Below are positions 1-10,115 of a stretch of 64,000 bases of DNA, piece by piece. How positions within the stretch are numbered: position 1 is the first letter of the stretch; every line of letters begins with the position of its first letter. Under the pieces are notes generated by a model. That model was not told the DNA's origin. It worked only from the letters and a program-made list of their open reading frames with translations, and did no database searches. This stretch comes from Gammaproteobacteria bacterium (GTDB taxonomy: Bacteria > Pseudomonadota > Gammaproteobacteria > Eutrophobiales > Eutrophobiaceae): contig CBDCTH010000012.1 of the NCBI GenBank assembly GCA_965222155.1, forward strand, positions 128,001 through 192,000, written 5' to 3'. Made by a program: the position numbers and the translations under genes.

Positions 1-589
<589 letters not shown>

Positions 590-621
590 TTAATATACAC
601 ACTGAAGTATATCGCAAAAAA

Positions 622-645
622 GGGGACAGGTTAAAATCTGTCCCC
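622..645. repeat. GGGGAC(A/G)GA-N-TC(T/C)GTCCCC palindrome (REP-like family A), with partial arms to ~720
   Basis: ggggacaggttaaaatctgtcccc; related copies near 1596, 4367, 10106, 11321, 13024, 23509, 23551, 29777, 30413, 34374, 45749, 53515, 61217, 61267. Confidence 0.85.
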
Positions 646-723
646 TTTTCTGCCGAAAAAATAAATCTGTTCCCTTCTCTTCCACCCTGTTATCCTGAAA
701 AATAAACCTGTCTTCTTTTCTTT

Positions 724-1638
724 ATGTCGACTACTCTCCGACAGCTCATTGATAAGGCCGAGCAACAGTTTATCCGGTCGGACCTGTATTACGGTCACGG
801 TGTGGATAATGCCCTGGATGAAGCCGCTTTTCTTGTGCTGGGCGCACTGGATATTCCGTTTGACATGGGCCCGGAACAGTTGAACAGGGGAGTAAGCGCC
901 GCCGAACAGGAGCATATAAGAGAGCTGATTGATATCAGGATAAGCTCAAGAAAGCCTGTCGCATACCTGCTGAACAAGACCTGGTTTGCAGGCCTGCCCT
1001 GTTACGTGGATGAGCGCGTTTTGATCCCCCGTTCACCCATTGCCGAGCTGATCCAGGGCGGGTTTTCACCCTGGATCAAAGCCGCTCAGGTAAACCGTAT
1101 CCTGGACCTGGGTACCGGCAGTGGTTGTATTGCCATTGCCTGTGCTTCGGTCTTTCCCGGGGCAACCGTTGATGCAACGGATATCAGTTCGGAAGCGCTG
1201 GAGGTGGCGCATGTCAATCGTGAGCAACACAACCTGATGCGGCGGGTTAACCTGATCCAATCAGACCTGTTCGCTGCATTGGGGGACAGGAAATATGATA
1301 TTATCGTCAGCAATCCACCGTATGTGCCCGATGAAGAAATGCCGGCCTTACCGGCGGAATACCACCATGAACCGTCCCGCGCACTGGCAGCAGGCGCCGA
1401 TGGTCTCGACGTGGTTGACCGTATTCTGCTGGATGCCCATAAACATATGACGGCCCACGGCATCCTGGTGGTAGAAGCAGGTAATTGCCGCGCCGTACTG
1501 GAGACGAAATATCCCCGGACGCCGTTTGTCTGGCCGGACCTCGAGCATGGCGGCGAGGGTGTGTTTATGTTATCAGGTGAAAATCTTCGCAGTATGGGGA
1601 CGGAATTGAATTCCGTCCCCGGGGTCTCGGAGGCGTAA
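724..1638 (+). CDS. prmB: 50S ribosomal protein L3 N5-glutamine methyltransferase
   Basis: YGHGVDNA, PVAYL, DERVLIPRSPIAELI, LDLGTGSGCIA, SNPPY motifs. Confidence 0.95.
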   Translation: MSTTLRQLIDKAEQQFIRSDLYYGHGVDNALDEAAFLVLGALDIPFDMGPEQLNRGVSAAEQEHIRELIDIRISSRKPVAYLLNKTWFAGLPCYVDERVLIPRSPIAELIQGGFSPWIKAAQVNRILDLGTGSGCIAIACASVFPGATVDATDISSEALEVAHVNREQHNLMRRVNLIQSDLFAALGDRKYDIIVSNPPYVPDEEMPALPAEYHHEPSRALAAGADGLDVVDRILLDAHKHMTAHGILVVEAGNCRAVLETKYPRTPFVWPDLEHGGEGVFMLSGENLRSMGTELNSVPGVSEA

Positions 1639-1650
1639 CCTTACGCTAAG

Positions 1651-2985
1651 ATGACGAGTAAAAATAAATCTGTCACATTTTCTTCCGTTGCCGGCAACGG
1701 CTTGCTGGACCGCCGCTTATTCTTGAAAAGCGGTCTGGTGCTGGGGACTGCGCAACTGGTTGCGGGTAACGCTCATGCGGCCAGGCAGGAAGCGTCGGTC
1801 AGGCCCGAGTGGATGAATACTCCCGGTAAACCGTTTACACCTTACGGACAACCGGCGGAGTACGAGGATGAGGTAGCCCGGTTTCCATCCCCGAATCGGT
1901 TGATGCGCAACAGTGGTGCTTCCTGGACCCCGTTGCACAAGCTGGAAGGCATGATTACGCCTAACGGCCTGCATTACGAACGGCACCACAACGGGGTCCC
2001 GCAGATCAATCCTGCCGAACACCGGTTACTGTTGCATGGACTGGTACGGCAACCGCTTTCATTCAGCATCGACAACCTGCTGCGTTACCCGTTGCAGTCA
2101 AAGATCTGTTTTCTCGAATGCGGCGGCAACAGTAACGCGGGGTGGAATAAATCCCCTTCCCGGGCGGAGGCCGGCTACTTTCACGGGCTCGTTTCTTGCA
2201 GTGAGTGGACCGGCGTGCCTTTGGCGACCGTCCTGGCAGAGGCGGGCATCGATAAAACGGCGAAATGGCTCATTGCCGACGGCGCGGATGCCTTTGCCAT
2301 GAATATCAGCGTCCCAATCGAAAAGGCCATGGACGACGCCATCCTTGCCCTGTACCAGAACGGCGAGCGCTTGAGACCGGAGAACGGTTACCCATTGCGC
2401 CTGATTCTGCCCGGCTGGGAAGGCGTATTGAATGTAAAGTGGTTAAGGACGTTAAAGGCTACCGCGAAACCTATCATGGCAAGGAACGAGACGGCGAGGT
2501 ATACCGAACTGCTGCCATCCGGCAAGGCGCGCATGTTCACATTTACCATGGAAGCGAAATCATTGATCACCTCGCCCTCGGGAGGCATGGTATTAAAACG
2601 GGGACCGGGGTTGTACCAGATTACCGGCCTGGCCTGGAGTGGCAGGAGTAGAATCAAGCAAGTGGATGTATCCGCTGACGCTGGAAAAACCTGGGCGTCG
2701 GCGGAATTGCAACCCCCGGTACTGGCAAAAGCTTTTACCCGGTTTCGTATTCCCTGGCAGTGGGACGGTTCAGCATCCGTATTAAAGAGCAGGGCCATTG
2801 ACGAAACCGGCTATGTGCAACCGGAAAGAGAACAACTTGTCGCCGCGCAAGGGAGGCACGGTTTTTATCATTACAACGCGATTGTCACCTGGAGTGTTGA
2901 TGAAGACGGAAGCGTGACGCATGTCTATACTGCCGAAGCAGGACAGCCTGATAATAATATCAGTATTGATGCTGACTGGGATTAG
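1651..2985 (+). CDS. soxC: molybdopterin sulfite/sulfane dehydrogenase, SoxC-type, Tat-exported
   Basis: DRRLFLK Tat motif; ITPNGLHYERHH, FLECGGN (Mo-ligating Cys), LRPENGYPLRL. Confidence 0.88.
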   Translation: MTSKNKSVTFSSVAGNGLLDRRLFLKSGLVLGTAQLVAGNAHAARQEASVRPEWMNTPGKPFTPYGQPAEYEDEVARFPSPNRLMRNSGASWTPLHKLEGMITPNGLHYERHHNGVPQINPAEHRLLLHGLVRQPLSFSIDNLLRYPLQSKICFLECGGNSNAGWNKSPSRAEAGYFHGLVSCSEWTGVPLATVLAEAGIDKTAKWLIADGADAFAMNISVPIEKAMDDAILALYQNGERLRPENGYPLRLILPGWEGVLNVKWLRTLKATAKPIMARNETARYTELLPSGKARMFTFTMEAKSLITSPSGGMVLKRGPGLYQITGLAWSGRSRIKQVDVSADAGKTWASAELQPPVLAKAFTRFRIPWQWDGSASVLKSRAIDETGYVQPEREQLVAAQGRHGFYHYNAIVTWSVDEDGSVTHVYTAEAGQPDNNISIDADWD

Positions 2986-3460
2986 TCTGCAGGCAACAGA
3001 ACTGCAGACCGGTCCGGGACTGGGTGAACCGGCTGATGACCGCGTCGTCAGCGACCAGGATTGGGGCATCATGCCGGACGGCGCCGGTCTCCCGGAAGGA
3101 AGCGCTACGGCAGAGCAGGGCAGGTTTATCTATGAAAAGTTCTGTGTATCCTGCCACGGCCCCGGCGGCCTGGGTGACAGCGGCGATCAGCTTGCCGGTG
3201 CGCAAATGCAACTGACCGATGAATGGCCGGAAAAAACCATAGGCAATTACTGGCCCTACGCCCCCACCTTGTTTGACTTCATTCGCCGCTCCAAACCCAT
3301 GATGCAACCCGGCAGCCTGACCGACGCCGAAGTTTACGCCCTCACCGCATACCTTCTTTATCTGAATGAGATCATTGCAGAGGACCAGGAAATGAACGCC
3401 GATACCCTTGCCGACGTCAAGATGCCCAACCGTGACGGTTTTATCCAGGTTCTGGATTAA
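2921..3460 (+). CDS. soxD: monoheme cytochrome c, SoxD-like
   Basis: CVSCH heme motif, KTIGNYWPYAPTLFDFIRR, MPNRDGF; overlaps the soxC 3' end. Confidence 0.8.
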   Translation: MSILPKQDSLIIISVLMLTGISLQATELQTGPGLGEPADDRVVSDQDWGIMPDGAGLPEGSATAEQGRFIYEKFCVSCHGPGGLGDSGDQLAGAQMQLTDEWPEKTIGNYWPYAPTLFDFIRRSKPMMQPGSLTDAEVYALTAYLLYLNEIIAEDQEMNADTLADVKMPNRDGFIQVLD

Positions 3461-3469
3461 CCTGGAGAA

Positions 3470-3571
3470 GTAACTCACGTCATTCTGTAACTCACGTCAT
3501 TCTGTAACTCACGTCATTCTGTAACTCACGTCATTCTGTAACTCACGTCATTCTGTAACTCACGTCATTCT
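3470..3571. repeat. 17-bp tandem repeat x6 (gtaactcacgtcattct) merging into a REP hairpin
   Basis: six identical units; the last continues as gtcattctggcgaatgccagaatccag. Confidence 0.95.
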
Positions 3572-3776
3572 GGCGAATGCCAGAATCCAGTGATACTTCC
3601 TTCCATATTTTATATATCTGCCCCTGAGCTACGTTCTCTTGCACCACGTTCATCTTACTATGGACAAAGCCCAATTCGAGAATGCTTTATTCGCTCACTG
3701 GCAGAAATGCGTTGAAGGGATATATAAGTCAAAGTGGTCAGTACACTGGCTAGGCTTACCTGGTCGAATTGGTGAG

Positions 3777-4055
3777 CTATGGTATGATAGGTAGCACTAA
3801 TACAAATGAATTGCGATGTAGACTAAACATAATTATTTCCGTATCAGTAATCGTATAGTAGATTACGTAGTCTCTGAAAAAATGGGCGGGCAGTCCCGAT
3901 GCCAGATTATCTTGCTTTACTCCCATTTCTGGATGGATCAAAAGCGGAGTAAACTTTTCTTGTAGTTTTCCTATGAATCCAGTGGCCTGGTCAGGGTTAT
4001 CCAGGGCGATGAAGCTCCAGATTTCGACAAGGTCATCTTCGGCGCTGTCGGTTAT
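3777..4055 (-). pseudogene. ParE/RelE-family toxin without a normal start
   Basis: frame reads ITDSAEDDLVEIWSFIALDNPDQA...HPEMG...YVIYY; preceded in frame by TGA (4056-4058), no ATG/GTG at the expected position. Confidence 0.75.
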
Positions 4056-4327
4056 TCAGAGTGATTTAATCGTTTTTCTCCCTGGGCAACGATTCTGCCT
4101 GCATCAAAATCCTTCACCCTTCCTTGCCTGATATCACCCAAGCCCTTAGCTATATCCTGGTGTAATGCTTCCAAGCTGCGTTCCTGTGTAAGTTGTTTCA
4201 TACGCCAATCCCGCAGGGCTTCTCGAACAATCTCGCTGTTGGATGCGTAAAGACCCCTGCTTACGGCTGCCTTGATTGTCTCCGCCATGTCAGCGGTCAA
4301 TGTTACGGTTATACGTTCCACACTCAT
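4052..4327 (-). CDS. ParD-like ribbon-helix-helix antitoxin
   Basis: MSVERITVTLT...GLYASNSEIVREALRDW...IAKGLGDIRQGRV; ATG 4327 preferred to 4426 because the longer version translates a palindrome. Confidence 0.85.
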   Translation of the reverse strand: MSVERITVTLTADMAETIKAAVSRGLYASNSEIVREALRDWRMKQLTQERSLEALHQDIAKGLGDIRQGRVKDFDAGRIVAQGEKRLNHSE

Positions 4328-4462
4328 AGTGTATAGATATTTGGGGTCAGGGGAAAATGCCCCTTTGGGGATAGATTTAAATCTGTCCCCCTTATCCGAA
4401 TCCGGCATGAATGGCTGCTTAGACACAAAATTAGCGGGAACTGCTGATTATTTTAAAAATTA

Positions 4463-4498
4463 TTGACATTAACATGACTGGTCATATATCCTGGTCAT
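4463..4498 (+). promoter_or_regulatory. sigma70 promoter with operator palindrome for the Phd-VapC operon
   Basis: TTGACA 4463-4468, TATCCT 4487-4492, ATGACTGGTCAT inverted repeat in the spacer, ATG at 4499. Confidence 0.6.
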
Positions 4499-4735
4499 AT
4501 GGAAACGATTAACGCATCTGACTTCAAGGCCCAGTGTCTGGCAATTCTTGATCGCGTGCAAACGACGGGAGAAGGCATACTTATCCTGAAGCGCGGTCGG
4601 CCGGTTGCCGAGTTGCAGCCCGCGAGTCGAACCCATACCGAGTATCCGCAGTCGGAGCTCAAGGGCTCTGTTACCGTGCTGGGCGACATCCTGGAACCGG
4701 CGGTCCCGGAAGAACATTGGGACAGCCTGCGCTAA
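4499..4735 (+). CDS. Phd/YefM-family antitoxin
   Basis: INASDFKAQCLAILDRV...ILKRGRPVAEL. Confidence 0.9.
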   Translation: METINASDFKAQCLAILDRVQTTGEGILILKRGRPVAELQPASRTHTEYPQSELKGSVTVLGDILEPAVPEEHWDSLR

Positions 4736-5133
4736 TGGGCGCATTGCTCGATACCCACGTGTTTCTCTGGTGGCTTAATGACCGTGAACGACTCTCACCG
4801 GCTCAGCAGGAGGTCACCAACTCGGCAGGTGCCCAATCGCCGTTACTCGTATCTGATATCTCACTCTGGGAGGTGGCCATGTTGCATAGTCTGGGACGTA
4901 TCCGCCTGATTATTCCGCTACGGGAATGGTTGGATAAGGCCGTAGCGCCGCCGCTGGTGCGGCGCTACGGCATATCTCCGGCTATCGCGGCAGAAGTGGC
5001 CGCGCTGCCCGCCACGTTTCACCGGGACCCGGCGGACCGAATCCTGGTGGCGACTGCCCGGGTTCTCGGCGCGACACTTCTTACACAGGATCGCAGGATT
5101 ATCGACGCAGCGCTGGTCGATACTGTGAGTTGA
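4735..5133 (+). CDS. PIN-domain (VapC) toxin
   Basis: [29 protein letters not shown]; TAATG coupling to the antitoxin. Confidence 0.9.
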   Translation: MGALLDTHVFLWWLNDRERLSPAQQEVTNSAGAQSPLLVSDISLWEVAMLHSLGRIRLIIPLREWLDKAVAPPLVRRYGISPAIAAEVAALPATFHRDPADRILVATARVLGATLLTQDRRIIDAALVDTVS

Positions 5134-5149
5134 CCCGGGTCAGCCAACC

Positions 5150-6211
5150 ATGTCAGGTAATACTATTGGAAAATTGTTTACGGTAACAAGCTGTGGGGAG
5201 AGCCACGGCTACGGTTACCTGTGCATTGTTGACGGTTGTCCGCCGGGGATGGAACTGTGTGAGGCTGATCTGCAGCATGACCTGGACCGGCGTAAACCAG
5301 GCAAATCCCGTCACGTTACCCAGCGCCGGGAGTCCGATCGTGTCAGGATCCTGTCCGGGGTGTTTGAAGGCAGGACAACGGGTACGCCGATAGGGCTCAT
5401 GATTGAGAATGAAGACCAACGGTCCAGGGATTATTCGGCGATAAAGGATAAATTCCGGCCGGGACATGCCGATTTTACCTACTGGAAAAAATACGGTATC
5501 CGCGATTACCGCGGCGGTGGCCGCGCCTCCGCCCGGGAAACCTGTATGCGGGTTGCCGCCGGAGCGATCGCAAAGAAATACCTGCGTGAACACTACGGTT
5601 CTCTGGTGCGCGGCTACCTGGCGCAACTGGGACCGATCAAGCTGGAACTGCAGGACTGGGGCGAGGTGAATAAAAATCCGTTTTTCTGCCCGGATGCGGA
5701 TAAGGTAGCGGCCCTGGAAACCCTGATGGATGATTTACGGAAATCGGGCGATTCCATCGGCGCCCGGGTGAACCTGGTCGCCACTGACGTCTCAGCAGGG
5801 TTGGGAGAACCGATTTTTGACCGCCTGGATGCCGATATCGCCAAGGCCCTGATGAGTATCAACGCCGTCAAGGGCGTGGAGTTAGGCGCTGGTTTCAGGG
5901 TTGTCGAGCAACACGGCACCGAGCACAGGGATGAGATAACGGCTCAGGGATTTTTGTCCAACCGCGCCGGGGGCACTCTGGGCGGCATTTCCAGCGGTCA
6001 GGATATCCTGGCGAGTATTGCCCTGAAACCGACGTCAAGTATCCGCATCCCCGGAAAAACCATTGACGTCTACGGCAATGAAACGGAGATTGCAACCACG
6101 GGGCGCCACGATCCCTGTGTTGGTATCCGCGCTACGCCTATTGCCGAGGCGATGCTGGCGATCGTACTGATGGATCACGCATTGAGACAGCGCGCGCAGA
6201 ACCCTGACTGA
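5150..6211 (+). CDS. aroC: chorismate synthase
   Basis: [32 protein letters not shown]. Confidence 0.98.
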   Translation: MSGNTIGKLFTVTSCGESHGYGYLCIVDGCPPGMELCEADLQHDLDRRKPGKSRHVTQRRESDRVRILSGVFEGRTTGTPIGLMIENEDQRSRDYSAIKDKFRPGHADFTYWKKYGIRDYRGGGRASARETCMRVAAGAIAKKYLREHYGSLVRGYLAQLGPIKLELQDWGEVNKNPFFCPDADKVAALETLMDDLRKSGDSIGARVNLVATDVSAGLGEPIFDRLDADIAKALMSINAVKGVELGAGFRVVEQHGTEHRDEITAQGFLSNRAGGTLGGISSGQDILASIALKPTSSIRIPGKTIDVYGNETEIATTGRHDPCVGIRATPIAEAMLAIVLMDHALRQRAQNPD

Positions 6212-6218
6212 GTTTGAA

Positions 6219-6662
6219 TTAACATGGATGAACAGGATATACAGGATTTTAATGGAATGTATCAGGAATTGACGCATTCTATTATTGGATGTGCATTTGA
6301 GGTAATCAATGAATTGGGGAGCGGGTTTCTGGAATCGGTCTATGAAAAAGCCATGCTTCAAGCCCTCGCTGACGCGGGGATTTTCGTTGAGGCTCAAAAG
6401 CCGGTCAAAGTACAGTTCCGTGGCAAGACTATCGAGGATTTCTATGTTGATCTGCTTATCGAAAGAAATGTGCTCGTCGAACTCAAAGCCGTGAAGCCTC
6501 TTAGTCCTGAGCATCAGGCCCAAATTATAAATTACCTTAAAGCCACCGGTATTGAGGTAGGTTTACTTATCAATTTTGGTAACCCTAAGCTTGAATTCAA
6601 ACGCTTCACGCGCAGAAAGAACTAATCAAAAAATCCATGTATATCCTGTTCATCCATGTTAA
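6219..6662. mobile_element. putative element: GxxExxY gene inside ~32-bp terminal inverted repeats
   Basis: left ttaacatggatgaacaggatatacaggatttt (6219-6250); right aaaatccatgtatatcctgttcatccatgttaa (6630-6662). Confidence 0.6.
6224..6625 (+). CDS. GxxExxY protein (PD-(D/E)XK nuclease fold)
   Basis: LGSGFLESVYE, YVDLLIE...VELKAV, QIINYLKAT, GLLINFG; the true start may be ATG 6257. Confidence 0.92.
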   Translation: MDEQDIQDFNGMYQELTHSIIGCAFEVINELGSGFLESVYEKAMLQALADAGIFVEAQKPVKVQFRGKTIEDFYVDLLIERNVLVELKAVKPLSPEHQAQIINYLKATGIEVGLLINFGNPKLEFKRFTRRKN

Positions 6663-8395
6663 AAAAATGTGTTATCAATGTGCTCTGGTTCGTCGAACGT
6701 AATAGTGACGTATGCCGGGCCGGACTGTCCCTTGTCCTGTGAACCGCTCAAGGAGAACGGCAGTGTCACCCATCGGGCTGGTTCATCACCTTCGCTTTGC
6801 AAGGTCGTCAGCCACTCGGCGCTATCGGAAGTTGCCTTGAACCACGGGCATACCACCTCGCCGGCATTGAGGAGTCCGATAATGGTCTCGCGAGTCGGCT
6901 GATCCGGGGCGCCGGTGATGGCCCTGAAGAATTCAAAAAACTTTCTTGCATACCATTTCCGGCGGATACTTTCATCCATCACAAACCGGATCTGACGCGG
7001 CGCCGCCATCTGGATGAAAGTCCAGTCTTTCAGGTTTGTCTGCTGCCCAAGCATCAGGACGCCTCCCGTATCGGGGAAATGGTTAAAACCCTGCACCACC
7101 AATCGATAACGATAGCCGATTGCCAGGGTGACGATAAGCCGCACCAGGGATTGCGGTAGTTTATACACCGTGTAAAACGCCCCGCCCAGGGCAACCACAG
7201 TCAATAATGGAAATAACAGGTTGCTGATCTCCAGTATGGAAAACAGTACGGTCAGGACCAGGAAACTCAGCATCACTATGTTCTGGATGAGGCTGTTTCC
7301 CGCCAATACCCGGCCCAGAATATGTTTGCCCGCGTGGAACTGAATCAGGGCATTGAGGGGAATGATGAACAAGCCGCTGAGCATTCCCAGCAGCAGGATA
7401 TTGATAGCGTGCGCCGGCACGCTCGCAAGCCCGGGCAGGATGAACAGGCAGGCGGCCACGCCCAATGCGCCGACCGGGATCAAGCCGGTTTCGATATAAT
7501 TTCTTGAGATCCTGCCGGCGATGAGTGAGCCCAGCATAATCCCGATCCCGGCACAGGCCAGCATGCCCTGGATAATCCTGGTGTCGTATATCCCCAGGTT
7601 ATCCTTGGCAAAAGCGGGGAATGCCGCCAGCATGACCTGGCCGATTGCCCAGATTATCGCCAGGCCGATGATCGACAGCAAAATCACTTCACGGGATTTA
7701 ACCGCTTTCAGGTTTTCGGACAGGTAACGGCCGGTACGGTATTTAACCCAGTCAAAGCGCAGGTTTCCATCCGGTTCATGGACGCTCGGCAGACGGTAGG
7801 ACAGCAGCAACTCCACCAGCGCTCCGGCAATCAGGAACCAGCCGGTCGCCTTGATGGCCAGCAGCACGTCCTGTTTTGTGGAAAAAATCACGTCGGCAAG
7901 GTACATCTCAAACGTGATTGAAAATACGAATGTTCCGGTGAGAATGGCGGTGGTGGTGGTGGCCTGCACCACGCCATTGGCCCGCGCCAGCCGTTCCTTG
8001 CCGGCGATTTCCCTGATATAGCCGTACTTTGCCGGTGAGTAAAAGGCGCTTTGTATTGCCAGCAGGAACGTCATGGCAAAAGCCGCCCAGAACCATCCCA
8101 GGTGATAGAACAGGGTAATCATACCGGTCAGGACGACCGCGCCCCAGGCGGTAGTGCGCATGACCTTGTTTTTCGGAAATTTATCCGCCATAAAACCGGC
8201 TGGGGTAAACAGCAGGATGTACGGCAGCAGGATCAGGGCATTGACGATTGCCGTCAATATGATCAGGGTATTGCCATCGTAGGTTTTGAAAACGGTATTC
8301 TGTATCGTGATTTTATGTCCCAGGTCCACAAAGGCATTCAGGAAGAGCATGACGACATAGGGGAGGAAACCCCTGATCTTGAATAAATCACTCAT
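6659..8395 (-). CDS. MFS lysophospholipid-transporter-like protein fused to a degenerate acyltransferase domain (truncated Aas type)
   Basis: ~12 TM MFS with QSAFYSPAKYG; C-terminal PlsC-like segment; no acyl-ACP synthetase domain. Confidence 0.75.
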   Translation of the reverse strand: MSDLFKIRGFLPYVVMLFLNAFVDLGHKITIQNTVFKTYDGNTLIILTAIVNALILLPYILLFTPAGFMADKFPKNKVMRTTAWGAVVLTGMITLFYHLGWFWAAFAMTFLLAIQSAFYSPAKYGYIREIAGKERLARANGVVQATTTTAILTGTFVFSITFEMYLADVIFSTKQDVLLAIKATGWFLIAGALVELLLSYRLPSVHEPDGNLRFDWVKYRTGRYLSENLKAVKSREVILLSIIGLAIIWAIGQVMLAAFPAFAKDNLGIYDTRIIQGMLACAGIGIMLGSLIAGRISRNYIETGLIPVGALGVAACLFILPGLASVPAHAINILLLGMLSGLFIIPLNALIQFHAGKHILGRVLAGNSLIQNIVMLSFLVLTVLFSILEISNLLFPLLTVVALGGAFYTVYKLPQSLVRLIVTLAIGYRYRLVVQGFNHFPDTGGVLMLGQQTNLKDWTFIQMAAPRQIRFVMDESIRRKWYARKFFEFFRAITGAPDQPTRETIIGLLNAGEVVCPWFKATSDSAEWLTTLQSEGDEPARWVTLPFSLSGSQDKGQSGPAYVTITFDEPEHIDNTFF

Positions 8396-8465
8396 ATCAT
8401 TTATCCGGCCTCATTTTTCGGCAAAGGCCGGTGTAGTCAGGGATGCAATAATCACCTCTGTTGCC

Positions 8466-8529
8466 ATTCCCGCGCAAGCGGAAATCTAGCTACGCTTTTG
8501 ACTGGATTCCTGCTTGCGCAGGAATGACG
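8466..8529. repeat. REP pair (family B, GTCATTCC..GGAATCCAG)
   Basis: cattcccgcgcaagcggaaatctag ... ctggattcctgcttgcgcaggaatgacg. Confidence 0.75.
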
Positions 8530-8621
8530 ACGGGAGGCGCAAATGGCATATTTCAAAAGCGCATAGAGACAAAGGAATGACAACATGAACGGGAATGATG
8601 CAGCATCCCCATCATCTTCAT

Positions 8622-10064
8622 CTACGTGGACGTGCCGCCGACAGTCAGTTCATCAATCTTGATAGTAGGCTGTCCCACGCCCACGGGGACTGACTGGCCG
8701 TCTTTCCCGCATACGCCTATGCCGGTATCAAGCCGCATATCATTACCGGTCATGGACACGCGGGTGAGTACATCCGGTCCATTGCCGATCAGGGTTGCTC
8801 CCTTGATGGGACTGGTCAGGCGGCCGTTTTCGATCAACCAGGCTTGATTGGCGCTGAACACGAATTTGCCGTTGGTGATATCCACTTGTCCGCCGCCGAA
8901 CTGGGAAGCATAGACCCCGTTTTGGACGGACCCGATAATTTCCCCGGGATCATAATCACCTCCCAGCATGTAGGTATTGGTCATTCTCGGCATGGGCAGG
9001 TGGGCATAGGATTCCCGGCGCCCGTTGCCGGTAGGGCTCATACCCATTAATCCGGCATTCAACTTGTCCTGCATGTAATTTCTGAGAATACCTCTTTCAA
9101 TCAGTGTGGTGGCTTCCGTGGGTGTACCCTCATCGTCAACGGTCAGTGAACCGCGGCGGTTTTCAATGGTTCCGTCATCGACCACGGTGACGTTTTCGGC
9201 CGCAACCCGTTGACCTATCCGGTTGCTGAAGGCGGACGTCCCCTTGCGGTTGAAATCGCCTTCCAGGCCATGACCTATGGCCTCATGCAATAATATCCCG
9301 GGCCAGCCCGGACCCAGCACTACCGTCATAGTACCGGCCGGCGCCGGGATCGCCTCCAGGTTGTTGAGCGCCTGTGTTACCGCATCGTCAATGTAGCCGG
9401 TAACGATCTCTTCATCCAGGAAATATTCATAGCCGAAGCGGCCACCGCCTCCCGCCCCGCCTTTTTCCAGTCTGCCGTTATGCTCGACGATAACGTTGAC
9501 GTTGAGTCTGACCAGCGGCCTGATATCACCGGAATAAACACCGTCACTGCCGGCAATCAATACGGCGCTATAAGAACCGCTCAGCCCGGCGATTACCTGC
9601 TTTATCCTGGGGTCTTTGTTACGGGTTTCGGAGTCAATCCGTTGCAATATCGCAATCTTTTCCCCGGAGGATATCGAGTCCAGCGGATTTGCGCCGGAAT
9701 ACAGCGGAGCTATATTGCGGTTTTGCCAGGCCTGCAGTTTTTGCTTGCCCCCGCTCCCGGCAATGGCCCGGGCTGCCCGGGCCGCGTCGGTCAATGCCGG
9801 CAGGACAATCTCATCCGAATAGGCAAAACCGGTTTTATCCCCACTGACCGCCCTGACGCCCACCCCCTGGTCAATACTGTGGGAGCCTTCCCGGATGATC
9901 CCTTCTTCCAGCACCCAGGCTTCGGCCTGGGAAAATTCAAAATACAGGTCGGCGTAGTCAATATCATTGACGATCATCTGGTCCAGGGTTTTTTCGATGT
10001 CCCGGCTGTCAATCCCTGTCGGGCTGAGCAATTGCCGGGCCGCTTTTTCCAGTTGCTGACTCAC
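8622..10064 (-). CDS. tldD: metalloprotease TldD
   Basis: PGILLHEAIGHGLEGDFNRKG, PMPRMTNTYM, CGKDGQSVPVGVGQP. Confidence 0.97.
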   Translation of the reverse strand: MSQQLEKAARQLLSPTGIDSRDIEKTLDQMIVNDIDYADLYFEFSQAEAWVLEEGIIREGSHSIDQGVGVRAVSGDKTGFAYSDEIVLPALTDAARAARAIAGSGGKQKLQAWQNRNIAPLYSGANPLDSISSGEKIAILQRIDSETRNKDPRIKQVIAGLSGSYSAVLIAGSDGVYSGDIRPLVRLNVNVIVEHNGRLEKGGAGGGGRFGYEYFLDEEIVTGYIDDAVTQALNNLEAIPAPAGTMTVVLGPGWPGILLHEAIGHGLEGDFNRKGTSAFSNRIGQRVAAENVTVVDDGTIENRRGSLTVDDEGTPTEATTLIERGILRNYMQDKLNAGLMGMSPTGNGRRESYAHLPMPRMTNTYMLGGDYDPGEIIGSVQNGVYASQFGGGQVDITNGKFVFSANQAWLIENGRLTSPIKGATLIGNGPDVLTRVSMTGNDMRLDTGIGVCGKDGQSVPVGVGQPTIKIDELTVGGTST

Positions 10065-10115
10065 AAGTCGATACTCCGATTATTCTGCTGATTACTCCGT
10101 ACTCCGGGGACAGAT

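Noticed and set aside
3470-3571. Possible CRISPR array
   Set aside because: Units are contiguous with no unique spacers; no cas genes in the window
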